A stretch of DNA of 63,776 bases, the filler included, from Diploschistes diacapsis (lineage: Eukaryota): the NCBI GenBank assembly GCA_023645945.1. It is 7 parts of 7 records of this genome, joined end to end, with 100 filler letters (N's around TTAATTAATTAA, not from the genome) between each part and the next. Parts side by side here need not be neighbours in the genome. Positions count along the whole stretch, not along the records: positions 58,009 to 63,776 come from JALAIB010001484.1; 6 more parts are not named here. One strand, written 5' to 3'. The position numbers and the translations under genes were made by a program. Positions 62,001-63,776 of this stretch are shown one piece after another. The notes below the pieces were generated by a model. It was given only the letters and a program-made list of their open reading frames with translations. It did no database searches and had not been told where the DNA came from. The stretch's first letter is position 1. The number at the start of each line of letters is the position of its first letter.

Positions 62001-62873
62001 ATCCGCTTCATCCTCGACAATTCTTCCCTGTGCTTCACAAACTGCCATGTCGCCGCCGGTCAGACGAAAACTATGGATCGCAACAACGACATCGCCGCCA
62101 TCCTAGAAGCCTTCGCTCTTCCAAAGGAATCCGACCCCGATCGTCGCATCGATCACTTCATCGGTGGCGGTAACGGCAGCATAATCACCGACCACGAGAT
62201 CTGCATTCTCGACGGCGACCTGAACTACCGCATCGACACCATGGGCCGCGACACCGTCGTCAAAGCCATCAAGTCAAACAACCTCGCCAAACTCCTCGAG
62301 CGCGACCAGCTCCTCGTCTCGAAGCGCCGCAACGCCGGCTTTCGCCTACGGCCGTTCAACGAGCAGCCCATCACGTTTGCGCCGACGTACAAGTACGACG
62401 TGGGCACGGACCGGTACGATTCGTCGGAGAAGATGCGCTCGCCGGCGTGGTGCGATCGGATCCTGTACAAGGGCGTGGGCCGCATGAAGCAGTTAGAGTA
62501 CCGGCGGCACGACGGGCTGAGGGTTAGCGACCATAGGCCCGTTAGTGGGATTTTTAGGCTAAGGGTGAAGAGCGTGGTGGGAGAGAAGAGGGAGGGTGTT
62601 TGGAGGGGTTGCGAGCGCCGGTTTGGAGAGGCGAAGTTGAGGCTGGCGAGGGATGCGAGGTCAGTTGGTTCTCATTTCTTACTCCTGTTCCTTTTTCAAT
62701 TGCCCGTTCTTTTGCTTTTCCCGTCTTCTTGATGCTTGCTTCTACGAACTCCTTTGCTAACTTGTGCCCCATCTTGTTTTCCTTTTCGCTCTGTCCACAG
62801 ATTAGACTACCTGATCAGCGTCCTTGGCGTCGAGCAATCCGAAGCCGCGCGACTCGTCGATGGATTGGAATAG
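59037..62873 (+). CDS. Inositol polyphosphate 5-phosphatase (Pro-rich N-terminus, WD40-like region, IPPc domain) with one internal in-frame TAG
   Basis: Exons 59037-59078, 59161-61932, 61989-62659, 62801-62873 give 1185 codons; motifs VVTWNAG, VFGFQELVDL, HGNK|GA, NCHVAAGQ, GDLNYRID, FAPTYKYD, PAWCDRIL, SDHRPV; TAG at 60871-60873. Confidence 0.92.
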
Positions 62874-63776
62874 AAAACGAAGCAAATTCTCTTTTTCTCT
62901 TTTCTGGAGAAACTTGTGACATGTGACATGTGAAAAACAATAAGATCCCTTCCATCCTGAGCGCCCAATTTTTTTGTTTTGTTTTTACGCCTTGGACTTG
63001 GTTGTACTACTTCCGTATGTAGCGTAGCAGATCCCTCCCCTCCTCTCTTCATCTCACCTCACCCCCCCCTTGAAAGGGATATGCGCACGAGAAGGAGCAG
63101 GGTGGCCTATGACGCAAGCAACGACTCGTAACAAAATCTGGCAGTTTTGAGCAAAAGTGCGACTATGTCTTTTGCAATTCTAGGATATGCTCTCAGAGAC
63201 GGATGACCTTCTTTCCTCTTTTTTTTTAAACTTTTTCTTCACGAAACTCGAAGGGGGTAAATAAGGGTGGAGCGGGTGGTGTACTGTATATACATAAAAT
63301 TGTTGTTCGCACTCAATGAGTGTATGCAACGATAGACGAACCCCGTATGACAGGCCTGGCAATGAGTACGAAGTACCGTACGTACAGCGCCGTTTTTGAT
63401 TTTTTTTTCTGGCTCGGCGATGCCAGCCAGTCTCGTTGGTGGTGCTGAAAGTTCGAAAAACATGGAAACGTTGTTTCTGTGCGCCTAGGCCAGACTTCTG
63501 CCAGAGTACGAGGATATTGGTTGGGTTCTTTCGACGTTGATACCAGGTGTAAAAACATTTTTTTACAATTCACGCTGCGTCTGAACAAGACAAGTTACTA
63601 CTGTACGAGAAATGTTTTGGTTATTTTTCAGAGCGATATGCCTGCTGGCTTGGCATAGCAGTCTTGGCACGCTTCTCGCAAAGCAAAGCAAAGCAAATGC
63701 GATATCTAAAGTTCTATGTGTGGCCTTGAATATACAGTATGGAGGAGGTAGGTTCAGCCGTCAAATGACATTTTTG

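Noticed and set aside
1..63776. tRNA, rRNA, snRNA genes and CRISPR arrays
   Set aside because: None recognised by eye; a tRNAscan/Infernal run would be needed to exclude small RNAs

Overview
Intron-containing genomic DNA from a filamentous ascomycete (Pezizomycotina; a lichen-type lineage is possible but not demonstrable here). The window is seven contigs joined by identical 100-nt N44-TTAATTAATTAA-N44 spacers. Contig lengths are 5786, 28506, 5785, 5784, 5778, 5769 and 5768 nt, so they look size-ranked and neighbours across spacers are probably not genomic neighbours. Recognisable genes: palB/RIM13 calpain, tricalbin, STI1, two MFS transporters, a Gly-rich surface protein, a DUF2235 hydrolase, a PIR-repeat GPI wall protein, an FN3/coiled-coil protein, lipin (PAH1), a secreted propeptide, ADH, a 2OG-Fe(II) oxygenase fragment, a helical-N-term/TPR/ankyrin protein, a large unknown protein with an AN1-type zinc finger and an inositol-polyphosphate 5-phosphatase. 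There are four pseudogenes (DMML-like lyase, non-reducing PKS, PTH11-like receptor, unknown family), three MITEs with TIRs and TSDs, and a RIP-like AT-rich block. The most striking observation is one in-frame TAG, at a position recalled as a conserved Trp, in the otherwise intact 5-phosphatase gene. It is a candidate for A-to-I stop-codon restoration or readthrough; a recent nonsense mutation or sequencing error is not excluded. Family assignments come from motif recognition, not database searches.
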